Shown piece by piece: positions 25,984 to 39,289 of a stretch of DNA of 64,000 nt. The stretch lies in contig NC_057728.1 in NCBI RefSeq assembly GCF_004010195.1, positions 42,785,552 to 42,849,551 on the forward strand. The letters are read 5' to 3'. Positions within the stretch are counted from its first letter, which is position 1; every line of letters begins with the position of its first letter. Under the pieces are notes generated by a model. The model was not told the origin of the DNA, ran no database searches, and worked only from the letters and a program-made list of their open reading frames with translations. This stretch comes from Chiloscyllium plagiosum (Eukaryota). Both the position numbers and the translations under genes were made by a program.

Positions 25984-26964
25984 GTAAGTATAGGTTAAAT
26001 AATTCTCAAATTATAACAGTAATGTTTATTTTGCTAAAAGTTCATTTATATTAAATTTTAATATCACACACCACATCAAAATAAATAATGTCATCTTCAT
26101 ATGATTTAGTCATCAATAACAAAATTATGTTTAGTTAAACTTTTGCATTTTCAGCTTATTATTTGATAAATTTTTGATAACTTTGTAACAAAAATCAATG
26201 TGCAAAACATTATCTTAGAACAAGAGCTATGCCAAAGTGAATCATTTGTAAAATGGCTCTTTGTTGTCTGTTTTTTATGTTTACATACTGCATTTCTATG
26301 TGGTAAGCCACTCCCCTGTGTTTGAAAATATAGAAGAAATGAATTTATTTTTAACATTGACAGTACATTTATGAAACGGATATAACTCTGATGGAAATGG
26401 TATGCATATATTCCTGAAAAGATTTCTATGAACTATTTCTATGAAATGGTTGTTAACCTAAATGACAGGCATGACTTTTCTATTAATGGATTTCTTTAAA
26501 CTACATGTTGTGAGGATGAGCCACAAAATGATATGGTATCCAGATTTACCTTAAACCTGTACTCGCTACAGCTTCTGCAGCCTTATGGAGAGAAAGCAGT
26601 AAAGACAGCCTTGACCTTTGTTAAACTCAAATTCCAATGCAGCAATAGAGGCATGATAATCAGGAAATGATGGTTATTAGTTACAGAAAATGCATTATTG
26701 TGGAAAGCCGAGAACAGTGTTCAGAACAGGAAGTGAACAGCTTCTCTAGGAATGGGAAAATGAAGACAGAGAGTTCTTACTGGGCAAATTAATATGATTT
26801 ATTACAAGAAGATATAGCAATATCCTTCACCAGTACTTACTGAACTTGATTTAAAACCACCTTTATCATACTGTGGCAGTTCCTGATATGCCAATTGAAG
26901 TTCATTGAAATTCTTACAAAAGAAGTCATACTAAGCATATTTTCATATTATCGAGTAAATAATG

Positions 26965-27172
26965 GGGGTCATTTAGCTCAGTTGGCTGGATGGCTGGTTT
27001 GAAATGCAGAGTAGCGTCAACAGAGTGGGTTTAATTCCACATCAGCTGAGGTGACAATGAAGATGTTCCTTCTCAACCTTTCTCCTTACCTGAGAGGTGG
27101 CAACCCTCAGGTTAAGCCACTACCAATTGTCTCTGTCTAATGAGAGAGCGGCCGTATGGTCTAGTAAGACTA
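26965..27172 (+). mobile_element. tRNA-headed SINE-like element
   Basis: A box tagctcagttgg and B-box-like ggtttaattcc, followed by a non-tRNA body. Confidence 0.5.
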
Positions 27173-27485
27173 CAGGTTCAGTAAAATGAAAAGCATATTT
27201 TTAATATAAAATGTTTGTCTTGCATGCATTTTATTAATTAATTGAAATGCAAACTTCTCAGTGCCAAAAGTCAAAGAAATTTGCATTGTACTCAAATTTC
27301 CTTGATTTCTTTCACTGTTTCTTGGAAACTCCTGTATAAACTTCTGCTTTGCCTCCATTACTTGAAAATTTATACTCATTTGAAGATGCCCCAGGATCTG
27401 TACAACATAATTCACGAAACAGGATATGCCATGCCACAGAAGAAGAGCTGTCCAATTTAGCTTTGTGAAGATGATCACTTTGAGT

Positions 27486-27772
27486 GGCATGTTGGCTCAG
27501 TAGTTATCACTGCTGCCTCACAGCACCGGGTACTCATTTGACCAACGTTTGATTCCAGACTTGGGCAACTGTCTGTGTGGAGTGTGCATGTTCTCCTATT
27601 TCTGCTGGGTGTTCCTGTTTCCTCCCACAATTAATGATATGCAATTTAGATGGTTGGGCCGTGATAAAATACAGGAATAATGTATGATGTTGGGTTGGGT
27701 GGGATGCTCTTCAGAGAACTGGTGCAGACTTGATGGGCTGAATACCCTCTTTCCTTACTGTAGGGATTCTAT
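27486..27772 (+). mobile_element. HE1-type SINE (older copy)
   Basis: tggctcagtagttatcactgctgcctcacagc..gtctgtgtggagtgtgcatgttctcc..tttcctcccac..actgtagggattctat. Confidence 0.8.
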
Positions 27773-27876
27773 CATTCACATTAGCATCCAATATATGAGA
27801 AGTTGCCATTTACATTTTTTCTTTGGAATTTGGCATTCTTCTCTGTTTTCTTAAGAATATTTTCTTAATAGATTAA

Positions 27877-27975
27877 CAGTTGTGATGAAAAGTTACTAGA
27901 CTTGAAACATGAACTCTGCTTTCATCACAAATGCTGCCAGAACTGCTGAGTTTCATCAGCAATTTATGTTTTTCT
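27877..27975 (+). mobile_element. Penelope terminal-repeat fragment (family B) with decayed hammerhead motif
   Basis: agtt-gtgatga-a-aagtt-acta-gactt-gaaa-catg-aact, then aaatgctgccagaactgctgagttt. Confidence 0.6.
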
Positions 27976-28194
27976 GTCAACAGCTGATAATAGGGTATCA
28001 AACTGTGCCCTCTATTGTTATCATTGACGATTCAATCTGACTATCCTGAATAGAAGCAGAGGAATTTTATAATGACACACATACAGTTTCCAGGCTGATG
28101 TATAAAGGGAACATTGGAGTTCTGAAAATGAATCTTTGCTGCTTGAATGTTTCATTTGGGGTCTTCAAAATTTTTTCAGTTTTTAAATTGATTT

Positions 28195-28595
28195 TAGGGA
28201 TCTGGGTGTCATTAACTAGGCCAGCCCGTATTATTCTGGAAGGAAAGGCTTCTTGAACTATTGTAGTCCTTGGGGTGTAGGGATATCTATAGTGCTTAAG
28301 AATGTGGTGCAGGAAAAACACAGCAGGTCAGGCAGCATCTGAGGAGCAAGAGAATCGATGTTTTGAGCAAATGCCCTTCATCAGGAATCACCCATAGTGC
28401 TATTAGGAAAGAAGCTCAAGGATCTTGACCTTGTGAAGGAGTGAGAATATATTTCCAATATGAAGATAGTATGTGACTTGGAGGAAACCCTGCAGATGGT
28501 GCTGTTTCTATGTATCTGCTGCCTTTGTCCTCTAGCTGATAGTGGTTGCAGGGTTGTAAGATTCTGTTGAAGGAGGGATGCACACTGCAGACTGT
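28195..28595 (-). mobile_element. CR1/L2-group LINE 3' end interrupted by a family A Penelope fragment (about 28300-28388)
   Basis: LINE tail as at 24135; the insert reads cacagcaggtcaggcagcatctgaggagcaagagaatcgatgttttgagcaaatgcccttcatcagg. Confidence 0.7.
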
Positions 28596-29602
28596 GCACT
28601 GGGTTAAAACATCCTAAATATTATAAGAAGACTAGGACAACAGAATGACATCCACTCAGAGGAATAGCTAATAATAGGTGCAAAGGAGATATACCCTCAA
28701 AAATATTTTATTTGTGATTTAGACTACCTAGACCCTGCACATTAACTTCTTTTCCCAAACAACAGTTAACAAGGAAATCCTTCAAGAGAACTACATGACA
28801 GCACATCTACCCTATTTACCCTGCTGTGACTTTGCCAAAAAATTCATCTTAAATAATTTGTCATCACCAAATGAATGCTTCCTTTTCAGTGCAACTGCAT
28901 TCTCCATGAATATTGAATAATAAATAAGTGGAAAGTCTATTTACATTCAACATTTTCAGACTCTCATTCTATTTGTTTTTGTAACAATATGTTTCCTCCA
29001 GAAACTTACATGCACCTTCTTATCACTTGTTGCGGTATCCTAGTTTATAAGTTCCACCGGAGCCTTTGGAATTCAGGAGATGTTTGATTCCTCCTGCTCT
29101 ACAAATTCCTCCTGAAACAGCCCTAATCTCATAGCATCAGACCTCTGGCTTGGATACACTGATTGCTGCATTCTAGAGCCTGCTGTAAGGCAGTCTGGTC
29201 TTATCTTGTATGTTCAAAGTGGACAGAGGGGAAGCACCAGAAAAATGCTAGGCAGATGCATTCCAGTTGCTGCATTCTCCTTGGCCATGGATTTATGGCT
29301 CCAGGGAGCAGTGTAATATACAGTCAAACAATAGCGGTAGGAAGCCACGATTAATGATGGTTTCTACTCGACCTCTATTTCTTCCCAAACTGCAGACTTT
29401 TTCTGCCATCAATCACTTTCATCAAGAAACCAACTTGTCCTTGACTGCTTTTTAGTTGAAAACCTGTTGAATTGGTGCTTGCAAGGATGACAACTTTCAT
29501 GAGTCTACAACAGGTGTGATCTGCCTATTCAACAGGCAAAACGTAGCAGTCATTTGCCTATCTTAATGATCATCCTCAGAACCTTTACTTTTTAAACTTT
29601 TT

Positions 29603-30325
29603 TATTCATTCACATGATGTAGGCATCACTAGCTAGACTAGCATTTATTGCCCATCTCGAATTAATCTTGAGACAGTGGTGATAAGCAACCTTATTGAAC
29701 TGCTGCAGTCTTTGGGCCGGAGGTGCTGTTCGGGAGTGAGTTTCAGCATTTTGAACCAGTGACAATGAATGATTGTTGATAAAGTACAAAGTCGGCTGTG
29801 AGGTGTCTTGGAGGGGAACTTGCAAGTAGTGGTGTTTATATGTATCTGTTGCCTTTGTACTTCTAGGTAGCATAAATGTCAAACTTGGAGGGTGCTGTTG
29901 TAGGAACCTTAGTGAATTATTCCTTTGCATCTTGTAAATGATACATGCTGCAGTTACTTCATATCAGGTTGGAGGAGGTAAGTGTTGAAGACATTTGGTG
30001 CGGTGTCTCTTAAACAGCTGTCTTGTTCTGGATTGTGTCAAGCTTCTGGAGTGTAGTTGAAGCTACACAGGCAAGTGGAGAGTATTCTGTCACACTTCTT
30101 CCTCATGTCTAAATTGATGTTGGGCAGGCTTTGAGGAGTAGTTGCCAGAGAATTCCGAGCCTCTGACCTGCTTTTGTAAACACAATTTTTCGATATTGGG
30201 TCCACTTCACTTTCTGATCAGTGGCAACCCCCAGGATGTTGCTGATGAGGAATGTAGCTGTGGTAATACCATTAAATGTCCAGGGGCAATGATTGTATTC
30301 ATTCTTGTTGGACAGAACAGGGATT
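29603..30325 (-). mobile_element. CR1/L2-group LINE 3' fragment
   Basis: attcattcacatgatgtaggcatcact..gcatttattgcccatc, caggcaagtggagagtattc; same family as 24135. Confidence 0.75.
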
Positions 30326-30994
30326 GAGCTGTGTATTTGCCAAGCAGCAACAGGGGGAGTTGATGGAACAAGTATACACGGAGAACATTAAGAGTGAAGA
30401 CAGTGATGAACACTGGTAAGAATGGAATAAAATTCCAATAAATCCTTGAGAACGAAACATCAATGGTGCAAAAACTGGTTAGACAGATTACCAATAATGT
30501 GTAAGTTTAAAAAGTTTTTGCAACTCATTTAAATTCCAGAGTGGAACGTGGATGTGGAACCTTGTGATTCAGATACAAGAACGCTGCCAACTGAGCCATG
30601 GCTGTCACACAAACAAGATAGTAATGAGAGAGTTCTGGATTCCTAGGATAGGCACCTCGACAGCTGACTCAAGACTCACTCACACAGGCAAATGTCACAT
30701 CACAGGCAAATCAGCCAAAGTACTCAAGGGTGAGGGTGAAGAAATTAACAATAAATGAAACAAAGTGGTGGATTATTTAAACATTTAAAAATACAAAGTT
30801 CCATGAGGAACAAACAAGACAGGGTACTGGGCTAATGGTCAGATACTTGGTAGTGTGCCCTTTCACAGGCCTTTCCCATTATTCTTTTCCACCCACCTTT
30901 TCCTGGCTCAGAATCTCATTATTAGCAATTACGTTTCTAACTTCTTTCAGTTCTTAAGAAAGTCACCAACCTAAAATATATATACTGTTTCTTT

Positions 30995-31270
30995 CCCATG
31001 GAGTCAGCTATTACGAGGGGGCATAGCTTTAAATAAAGGGGTGGTAGGTATAGGACAGATGCTAGGGGTAGATTCTTTACTCAGCAAGTCGTAAGTTCAT
31101 GGAATGCCAGTAGCAGTGGTGGACTCTCCCTCTTTATGGGCATTTAAACGGGCATTGGATAGGCATATGGAGGATAGTGGGCTAGTGTAGGTTAGGTGGG
31201 CTTGGATCGACGCAACATCGAGGGCCAAGGGCCTGTACTGCACTGTATTTTTCTATGTTCTATGTTCTAT
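30995..31270 (+). mobile_element. CR1 LINE 3' end (same subfamily as 12923)
   Basis: Reverse complement of about 12930-13210 with few changes; (atgttct)n tail. Confidence 0.9.
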
Positions 31271-31701
31271 TTCTGACTTTGGTTCCTTTATTTACAGAAT
31301 CCTTTACAGAATGTCCAGCTTTTTATCAACTCTGTTGAAACTTATAATAAACATTCTGGAGAAGTGCATTTGCAATTAATGATTTCTTACAAGTTTGAAA
31401 TTAATATTCCACTGGATTTAAGTTCTCTTTATTCCAACAAAATTAGCTTGGAGTATTTTGGGTCTTACACTATTTCTGAAAGGTTGAAATAGTATTTATA
31501 GGTTTGCTTAATTCCCAACTATAAAGATGCCTGATATATCTTCTAATCCACAATAACGATATGTGATTTTAAATCAAATCATAATTGCAAAATATGGTGA
31601 AAATGTATTGTTGAATTTCTTCTTAGATGTGTTGTTAGTACTGTGCTGCATGGCATTGTTGATTTTAAATTATTCTTTGAGAAGTATTTTTAATTTTACA
31701 G

Positions 31702-31823
31702 ATCCAGACAGTCCTCCTGAAAATATTACTGTTACAGTAAAATCCTCTGACACCATTGAGATTGCCTGGGAAGAGCCTGAGATTTTCACAGGTCCAACCT
31801 CTTATCTAATCGATGTAACAATG
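31702..31823 (+). CDS. PTPRQ: PTPRQ exon 11 in window, FN3 N-half
   Basis: ttttacag / gtaagg; 122 nt, phase 1-0; PDSPPENITVTVKSSDTIEIAWEEPEIFTGPTSYLIDVTM. Confidence 0.92.
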
Positions 31824-32225
31824 GTAAGGGCTTTGCTTTGACTAGCACTAAAACAAAAGAAATTAATTGATGTTTGTGCTATAACTGTTTAAAAAACACT
31901 GCTGCAACAAAGTTGCCTTGAAATTTCAAAAATAAAGTCATTTTTAATTCAATGTGCTGATTGGATGAATTGAAAATCTTGTTATTGTAAACCTGTAGAT
32001 AATAGAAGTTTAAGTTGCTTGTTCCTCATGGAACTTTGTATTTTTAAATGTTTAAATAATCCACCACTTTGTTTCATTTATTGTTAATTTCTTCACCCTC
32101 ACGCTTGAGTACTTTGGCTGATTTGCCTGTGATGTGACATTTGCCTGTGTGAGTGAGTCTTGAGTCAGCTGTCGAGGTGCCTATCCTAGGAATCCAGAAC
32201 TCTCTCATTACTATCTTGTTTGTGT

Positions 32226-32620
32226 GACAGCCATGGCTCAGTTGGCAGCGTTCTTGTGTCTGAATCACAAGGTTCCACATCCACGTTCCACTCTGGGAGT
32301 TGGTTACAAAAAGCAAAGCTGAAACTCCAGGGAAACTGCACTGGTAGCAGTGTAGTCTTTTGAATGAGATGTTAAGCTGAGGCTTCAATTGCCTGTTGGG
32401 TTGATGGTAAAGTTTCCAGGCCACTACTTCATTAAAGGGCAACAGTTATCAGGGTAATAAAAAGAAAAGATTATTTGAACACATTGCTGTTTGTGGGAAT
32501 TCATTGAGTGCATATTGGCTGCTATCCTTTCTGCATTACTCTTCCAAAGCTATTATATTGGCTGTGAAGTGATTGGCAATATTGGTGCAAATGAAAAGCA
32601 CGAGAGGTGCCAGTCTTCTT
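32226..32620 (+). mobile_element. Old tRNA-headed SINE, DeuSINE-like
   Basis: Head cagccatggctcagttggcagcgttcttgtgtctgaatcacaaggttc; later ttgctgtttgtggga..attggctgc..attggctgtgaag (Deu-domain-like). Confidence 0.55.
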
Positions 32621-34699
32621 TATTCCTCCATAAATTCAAAGATCTGGACTTTATTTGGCTCACCCTTCCATGAAGAGAAAGTTTGGATATGGATCCCAAA
32701 GCAAGTCATTGGTTTGAACCTGAATCCCACAATGACTGCAATTCCACCAAATGACCACCAAGCCATTAAATAGTTAATTTACAAATATAGCTGTTTTCAG
32801 CTAACTTGCAGGAACTAAAAGCGTAGGTATCTGAGTTTATACTGCTGGCAAAAAGCCTTACCCACCAGCTGCACAAACTGGGAAGATCATCTCTAATGCA
32901 TGCATTGAAAATGTTATTTTCCAAATATAAACTTTAAAATCAAATTCCTTTGGAATAAAAATTGGAATTGTGCACATTAGCTAAAATACTCGTGAAAGAT
33001 AAATATCTTTTTATCTTCATGCTACTATTGTTTAACTGTCATGACTGTGTTCTAACAAATTACTTTTAAGCTTAAAGGGAAAGTGGTTTGATTGTCAGTA
33101 TAGGAAATGGAAGCTTGGTTAGTGCATCAATAACATCAGTCATGGTCAGGCCTCTGTGGAGTTAGAGGCATGGCTGCCAAACAGTACAATGTAACACCAT
33201 TACACAGCTTTAGCTGACCAATTACTTCAGCAGCTGTACTTGAGAACAAATAATGCCAAATAAATAGACTAAAGCTGAACTATTCAGACGTTGATATTGA
33301 TAAAATAATTGTTATACAAACTGTGGTCATTGTGATATAAATTGCAATTCAAAGTGTTTCTTGGCACAGTTTTATTAACACTTTGTAGCAAGGTAAGTTT
33401 TAATGAAGTCAGAAAATTGAATTCAGCAAGATTATTGATTTTAAAAGCATAACTTTCATTCAATTTCATAAAAGGTTGGAAATAATGGGCTGAATTTTCC
33501 CATATTCTGGCTAAATGTAATTTTCATGAGCATCATTGAGAGTTTACTTCCATGGGTCATGACAGTTTTCCACTGCTTGCCTCATTAAGTGTACATCAGA
33601 ACTTGATACACCCTTCTCACTGAATCATGTGGTCACAGAGATGGTAGTGCTCACTGCTGCTGGGACCTCCCACATTCACACCATGAGTGTCATATTTAAA
33701 TCCCAATTTGCACCACTTCAAACTCTGCTAGCCACAAACTGCCATTCAAAGTCTGCTGCTCAACTGCTATTCTACAGGAGACAGCACTCCCTTTTGGGGA
33801 CAGAGATCTGGAGGTCTCAGTGGATGGGTAGGGAAGAGGAGGGCTGTCCTCCTACGTAATCATGCACACCAAACAATGCCAGTTTGGTAAAAGAAAGCAA
33901 CCCAAGTCAGTGTGGTGCCTTCTGAGTTCCACAGGATAAGTGCCGCTATGGTCTCTCTATTATCAGAAATCTACCATTACACATGCCTTCCATCAAGGGT
34001 GTTGGTCTACCCGTTCTCAGCTCTCAGTATCTCTCATTCACTTCGTCTCCCCAAACTAGGTACCCTCCTTGCTCTCAGCATTTTCTCCTCATTTATTTCG
34101 GATACCTCATTACCTTGCTACTCAAGCACCACCACTAACAACTCTTCCAGCTGCTTTCATCTCACTCAAGCCTGCCTTTTGACTCATTGCAGAAGAAAAT
34201 GTCACACAAGAGCAGAGAAGGACAAAGACAGGAGGCAGGATGGCCACAGCCATGCCCACATCTGTACAAACAGAAGATCCTTGAATTTGCTGGAGAAGAC
34301 TGAGACTTCCATGTTGAAACAATCAAGAAAGCTTCACTGTTTTCTGTTGCTCTCTCATTATTACTGTTAAGGAAATATTCTTTACATGCTCAAACTTCCA
34401 CCCTTATTGTGTAACTACTTCCCGCTGCTCTTTTAATCAAGCATCAGTGGCACTGACATAGCCCCCACACCAAGGGGAGCAGTCCCTTAGTTCATCAGCT
34501 CCCCTCCCCTTCTGAAGAAGAGACTTCAGTGGATATCCAGACTTCCTCCTGCCCCCTCCACTAGCTGAGAGACTTTCACCCTGTTGGATTCGCTTTCTCG
34601 ATTAGACTCAAGAGCATAATCTGGTAATCACAAGGTTAGGCCCAGAGCAGAGGAGAGTGGGTCCTGCGTGGACCTCGTGCAAGCCTCCATTTACTTTTC

Positions 34700-35410
34700 C
34701 AGAGCAAGCATAGGATCTGGAATCATGGCTGCTACATCAGCAGAGGCAATGTCGGCAAGATAAGGCCAGTGACAAAAGATGGTACCTGAGGATTGGCGCC
34801 TTCGTTTGAGTCGGGAACTGGCAACGGCAAAGCGGTGGTGGAAAAGCACCATGTCAACATTGATGAGGTGGGCCCAGTGGCGAGAGACGCAACTCTAACA
34901 CTGGTTGCTCCGGGTGGCAGTGAGGGAGTATCAGTCCAGTGGCAAATATGGTGCCTGAGAATCGGCAACTTCGATGTTGGTTGGGTCTGGTGTAGACAGC
35001 AGGGATGTGCAGGCATCACTGATGGTGGTGAGCTGGCTCAGGACTGATGGATTCTCTTCAAACTATATCTTTCTTTTTATTCCTTATTCTTAAACTACTT
35101 AAAATGTTGCCATACCATGGCAACCAATGAAAGCTTTTCATTCTCCAGTCAGTTCTTCTATTAATGCAATGGTTCTGTTCTCGTACAACCCTGTGTTACA
35201 GAAAAGTCGTCCATTGGAAACAGCGCTTAAACTGTTGGTGCTGTAATCGTGTTACAGCCAACGCATGTTTTAAAAGTTGGTGTTGTAGAAATGCGTCCCC
35301 AACTTATCAAATGTCTTACAGCGAATTCATGTTGATGACACACTTGTTTTAACAGAACAACCTGAACTGTAAAATACACGTGACAATAAAATCAGAAAAT
35401 CAAAATCAAA
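34700..35410 (+). mobile_element. GC-rich element with a Rex1-type tail, itself interrupted by a MITE-like insert (about 35149-35365)
   Basis: gcttttca (35133) and tacacgtgacaataaaatcagaaaatcaaaatcaaa (35376-35410) are separated by about 215 bp with degenerate inverted ends (cagttcttctattaa / ttaacagaacaacctg). Confidence 0.5.
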
Positions 35411-35735
35411 GTTGGTTGAGAAAGAAACTTCATGCAAATGCATGGCAGGAAAATGAAAAATAGGTAGGTTTATATGGGATACTCAGCAATTGAAGGTTGT
35501 AGGAGTTCATTGACATTATCAGTACTGTGTTGGCTTTGGCATCTGTGCATCTGGCTGTTTCCATGGACAGGTTTCTAGCCACTGTGATGATTCAGGTCCA
35601 ATGAAATGCTCAGTAGCTGCTGGAAATTCTTGTAAACTCAAACTTCATCACTTTAAATAGTAATGCTCAGCATTAGTGGCAAGGAACAGAGGGGCAAGGG
35701 ACCTTAACTTCACTCCAGGAACTCCTTCCTCTGAA

Positions 35736-35778
35736 AGAGACTGCGTGGTGACAGTAGAGACTGCGTGGTGACAGTAGA
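35736..35778. repeat. Perfect 20-bp tandem duplication
   Basis: agagactgcgtggtgacagt twice, followed by aga. Confidence 0.9.
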
Positions 35779-36834
35779 CACCCAGACAGAGGAGGAACCA
35801 TACACAGAACCCACTCCCAGGTGCAAGGACCCTCCACTTCCATACTGCCTGCAATACCCAATCCTGTGGAAGTTACAGTGGAGGCGGATGAGTGTGTATT
35901 AGAACAGGATATCTCCTAGCACCACAACTAGCCCAGAATGTCCAGGACAACAGGCAGCTTCCCTGCCCCCAGCTGCGGACCCAGGCTGTACCTCAACCTA
36001 ATGACAGAGTTTAGAAACAAAACAAAGTATTCACTTAAATGGCCCTGGTGTCCCTTCATTCTACATACTTTCTCATATTTGTAAATATAAATGTACTTTG
36101 AATAATCACATATCTGATCGATGATCACTTTAACTGTAGGACCAGGTTAAGTAGATATCATGTCAGAGTTAAGCAGCCTCTTCATACACACTAAGGAAGA
36201 TACAGGTTATATTGTTAAAGCAAAGCTTAATTCTGAAAAGCATTTGCATAGCAATACATTTCTAAAAGTCCTTCAATCCTTACATTCATGATTGCGACCA
36301 AGAGTTAGCACTGTGCTGAGGGGAACACTGAGTACAAGGGTAATAACCACACCTTGTAATAGGTCCTTACCTCCACTTGTGACCACTTTGTGCAAGTGAC
36401 TATGTGATCAATTAAGAGTACCCAGTTCTCTGGGGCAGTGGTTCATTCCGCACCAGTATCTGGGAGAATCCTGACTGACATGAGTCAATGCTAGCTAATA
36501 ATGAGAAGCAAATCCATGGAAATCAGGACCTCACAGCTTACTAGTGAGATCCTCAATTAGCCATGAAATCTTGTGGAATTTCCTTTCTTGACATCAAAAA
36601 TATGATTATTTTTTATTCTTATTGTACCTCTCAAATCTTTCACCATTATCCTTCCTGTTCAAGGTCTGAAAACATTCTACCATTTTCATAAGTCAATTTA
36701 TTGAAAGCAAAATACAGAAAGAAAATACAATAATTGTGTTTAATTTAATCTTAGAAGCATATTAGTTTGGGAAATTTATAGAATGTCTGAAATTAATGTA
36801 TTGCATAAACGATTTATTTTTCAATTTCTTATAG

Positions 36835-37021
36835 GTAGATAATGGGGATTTCAATATGACCATTCTTAGGTCAGAGAAACAGAACACAACCTGTGAGATA
36901 TCTGATTTGATGCCATTCACGAGATATTCTATCATCATTGTAGCATTTACTGGCAGAGAAGAAGATGCCCGAATACATGGCAAAGCCAGTGAGCCAATCA
37001 TTGTTAGGACACTTGAAGCTT
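36835..37021 (+). CDS. PTPRQ: PTPRQ exon 12 in window, FN3 C-half
   Basis: ttcttatag / gtgagt; 187 nt, phase 0-1; VDNGDFNMTILRSEKQNTTCEISDLMPFTRYSIIIVAFTGREEDARIHGKASEPIIVRTLEA. Confidence 0.92.
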
Positions 37022-37677
37022 GTGAGTCTACTTGATCTACATTATAAGCTTTGCATCAAACTGTTTTCAGGATCTAGATGGATGAGGGCATTTAATTATA
37101 TTTTTATGTGGCTATAATCATCAGACTATAGATGGACATGACTGAGTTAAAATATGGAATAATTCTGATGAGAATGAAATTTAGTTGATAAACAAAAGAA
37201 AAGGTTTCTCAATTTTTTACGATTATGCTTCTTTCAGTCATGCATATTTCATTTTTTATCATCAACTCATCTACTAATTTTCATTTTTTGTCTTTCTTTG
37301 TCAATTGAATTTAAAAAGGCCTTCCCTGTAGCAATAATACACTGGGGTCAGCCTTAAAGAAATGAGAATGGAACGTCAGTTCCTTAGGATAAAGAATTCC
37401 TACTTTCAAGAGCTGTTAGCCAAACAGATTGGCTGGCAGCTAAGTGAACCCCAACAAGAGGATCATATTAATCAAATGGGATCATGGACCCAAGGGATGA
37501 GTGAGTCACGTTTTGACAGTGGGTGGTGCCCCCCCCATACAAACAGAGCATACTCCAAAGCCGGTATCCTCCCTCTCTCCCTTCCCACCTTTTCACTTCA
37601 GTTAGTGAAAAAGCAAGCTGATGATTTTCCTCCAGGGCAAAGTAGTAGCACATTAATTAACTAGTTATGGACCTTAA

Positions 37678-37767
37678 CTGAGAGTGTGGTGCTAGAAAAG
37701 CACAACAGGTCAGGCAGCATCCGAGGAGCAGGAGAATCGATGTTTCGGGCATAACCCCTTCATCAAG
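37678..37767 (-). mobile_element. Family A Penelope-derived short fragment
   Basis: gtggtgctagaaaagcacaacaggtcaggcagcatccgaggagcaggagaatcgatgtttcgggcataacccttcatca; the hammerhead core is mutated. Confidence 0.75.
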
Positions 37768-38083
37768 TTACTGGACCTGTTAAGCTTTTCCAGCAAATTC
37801 TGTTTTTGTTCCATAAGGTTACACTTGGGCTAGAAAATGAATGCAAGTGTGTTGTAACCATCTGGTAATTCACAATGCAGATTCTAATTGGTATTGCAGC
37901 ATTAATCAACCTACCGTAAAGGATATTATCTGACATAATGCTCCCAGCAAGGAACCCTGCTCACTACAACCACATAGCTAATTGGGTGATGACTCACATC
38001 TATTTAAGTCAATAGTTGTAAAGTCATATACTCTGCATCCCTATACTTCAAATAAGTCACCATTATGTGTTACTTTCTTCCAG

Positions 38084-38325
38084 TGCCTCAAGATGCACCA
38101 CAGAATTTTAGCCTTCAGAAGATACCCGATGAAGTGACAATGGTTCATGTATCTTTCTTGCCACCATATCTTCCAAATGGTATTATTCAGAAATACCAAG
38201 CAATTATTTATAAAGAGGGAGAGGCTTTTAAACGCCGTGTAAACAATCTGAAAATTGTCAAAAGCAACCAGTCACTGACTTCTGTCATAGAAGGGTTGAA
38301 AGGTGGAAATACATATATCATACGG
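38084..38325 (+). CDS. PTPRQ: PTPRQ exon 13 in window, last FN3 repeat (main part)
   Basis: ttcttccag / gtaaga; 242 nt, phase 1-0; PQDAPQNFSLQKIPDEVTMVHVSFLPPYLPNGIIQKYQAIIY...IEGLKGGNTYIIR. Confidence 0.94.
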
Positions 38326-39289
38326 GTAAGAAGCACTTCTTGTTATTTCAGTTTGAATAAAAATGTGTTATGGTTGCAGCTGCTCATCTGACTGAACCAG
38401 TCAGGTCCCAGAAAGAAACCTTAATAGATTATATTTTTTATAATTTTATCTAGGTAGTCATTTTCTGAAAAGCTGAAGATTTTCTCTAACAAAGCAGAAG
38501 TTTATTGTATAAAATGAAAACAAAAGATATAATTAAGCAGGCCAAGTTACCCAAATATAGAACAAAATGCCAAACTTTCCCAAAAAACCAAGTGTCAATT
38601 TTGGGGTGTTTTATGGAGAGTTTCTCACCAGGAGCTCTAGTGTGTTACCTGATGCAATGTCATGTTGCTTGCATCAATACGTAGGCACCAGGCCTCTATG
38701 GCATTATTTTATTATGCACTTGTCAGCAGTGAATTATGATTGCCAGGAGCTGTCAGTATTTCCACAACTGGCATGATATTTAAAGTGCAGCTGTGCACCT
38801 GGTCAATCAGCAACAAATAGTCCTTCACAGTGCAAATAGGAGAGGAAAATGAAAAATCAAAGCTTCTCAGAGCACTTAGGTGGCATGGGTAAAACTTCAT
38901 TACAAATAGAAACTCACAAGCTAAACTTCTTAAACAATTAAACACTTAAAATGTAACTATGCGGCATAATTCCAACCACCTGCCTCCCCATGCAATTTAT
39001 ATCCCCTCCTTCACTGGATGACAAAGTAAGCAAATAGTCTCCCCAAGTACGTGTGGAATGTGATGACTTGGGAACTGTAACATGCATAACAGAATATGAA
39101 TCAATGATGATACTGAACATTGTAAAGGTCCTCTATAGTATTCTACAGTATCTTAATTTTGTTTTTATATTGGGACTATTCCATTGAATAAGATCACATT
39201 TTAACAGTAAGGTATTTGTTAATGTTATTCAGCCTGCCTGAGTGAACTTTCTTTTCTGTTTATTAAATGTCAATTCCCTTTATCCTGAG

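Larger units (their letters stand above)
30536..32296. repeat. 282-bp inverted duplication (arms 30536-30817 and 32015-32296)
   Basis: The arms are reverse complements, with 3 mismatches found by eye; the ORF track shows almost the same peptide on opposite strands (30552+ and 32074-). Confidence 0.95.
33487..36600 (+). mobile_element. Probable decayed Harbinger element (Myb/SANT-like accessory ORF remnant) with nested inserts
   Basis: Starts gggctgaattttcc; about 33785-33945 reads PFGDRDLEVSVDG..RRAVLL..PVW..TQVSV, paralleling 43440-43615; boundaries approximate. Confidence 0.35.

Noticed and set aside
30552..32442. Duplicated small protein gene (MWNLVIQ..INNK on both strands)
   Set aside because: A by-product of the inverted duplication; it begins in an antisense SINE head and has no recognisable domain or splice structure.
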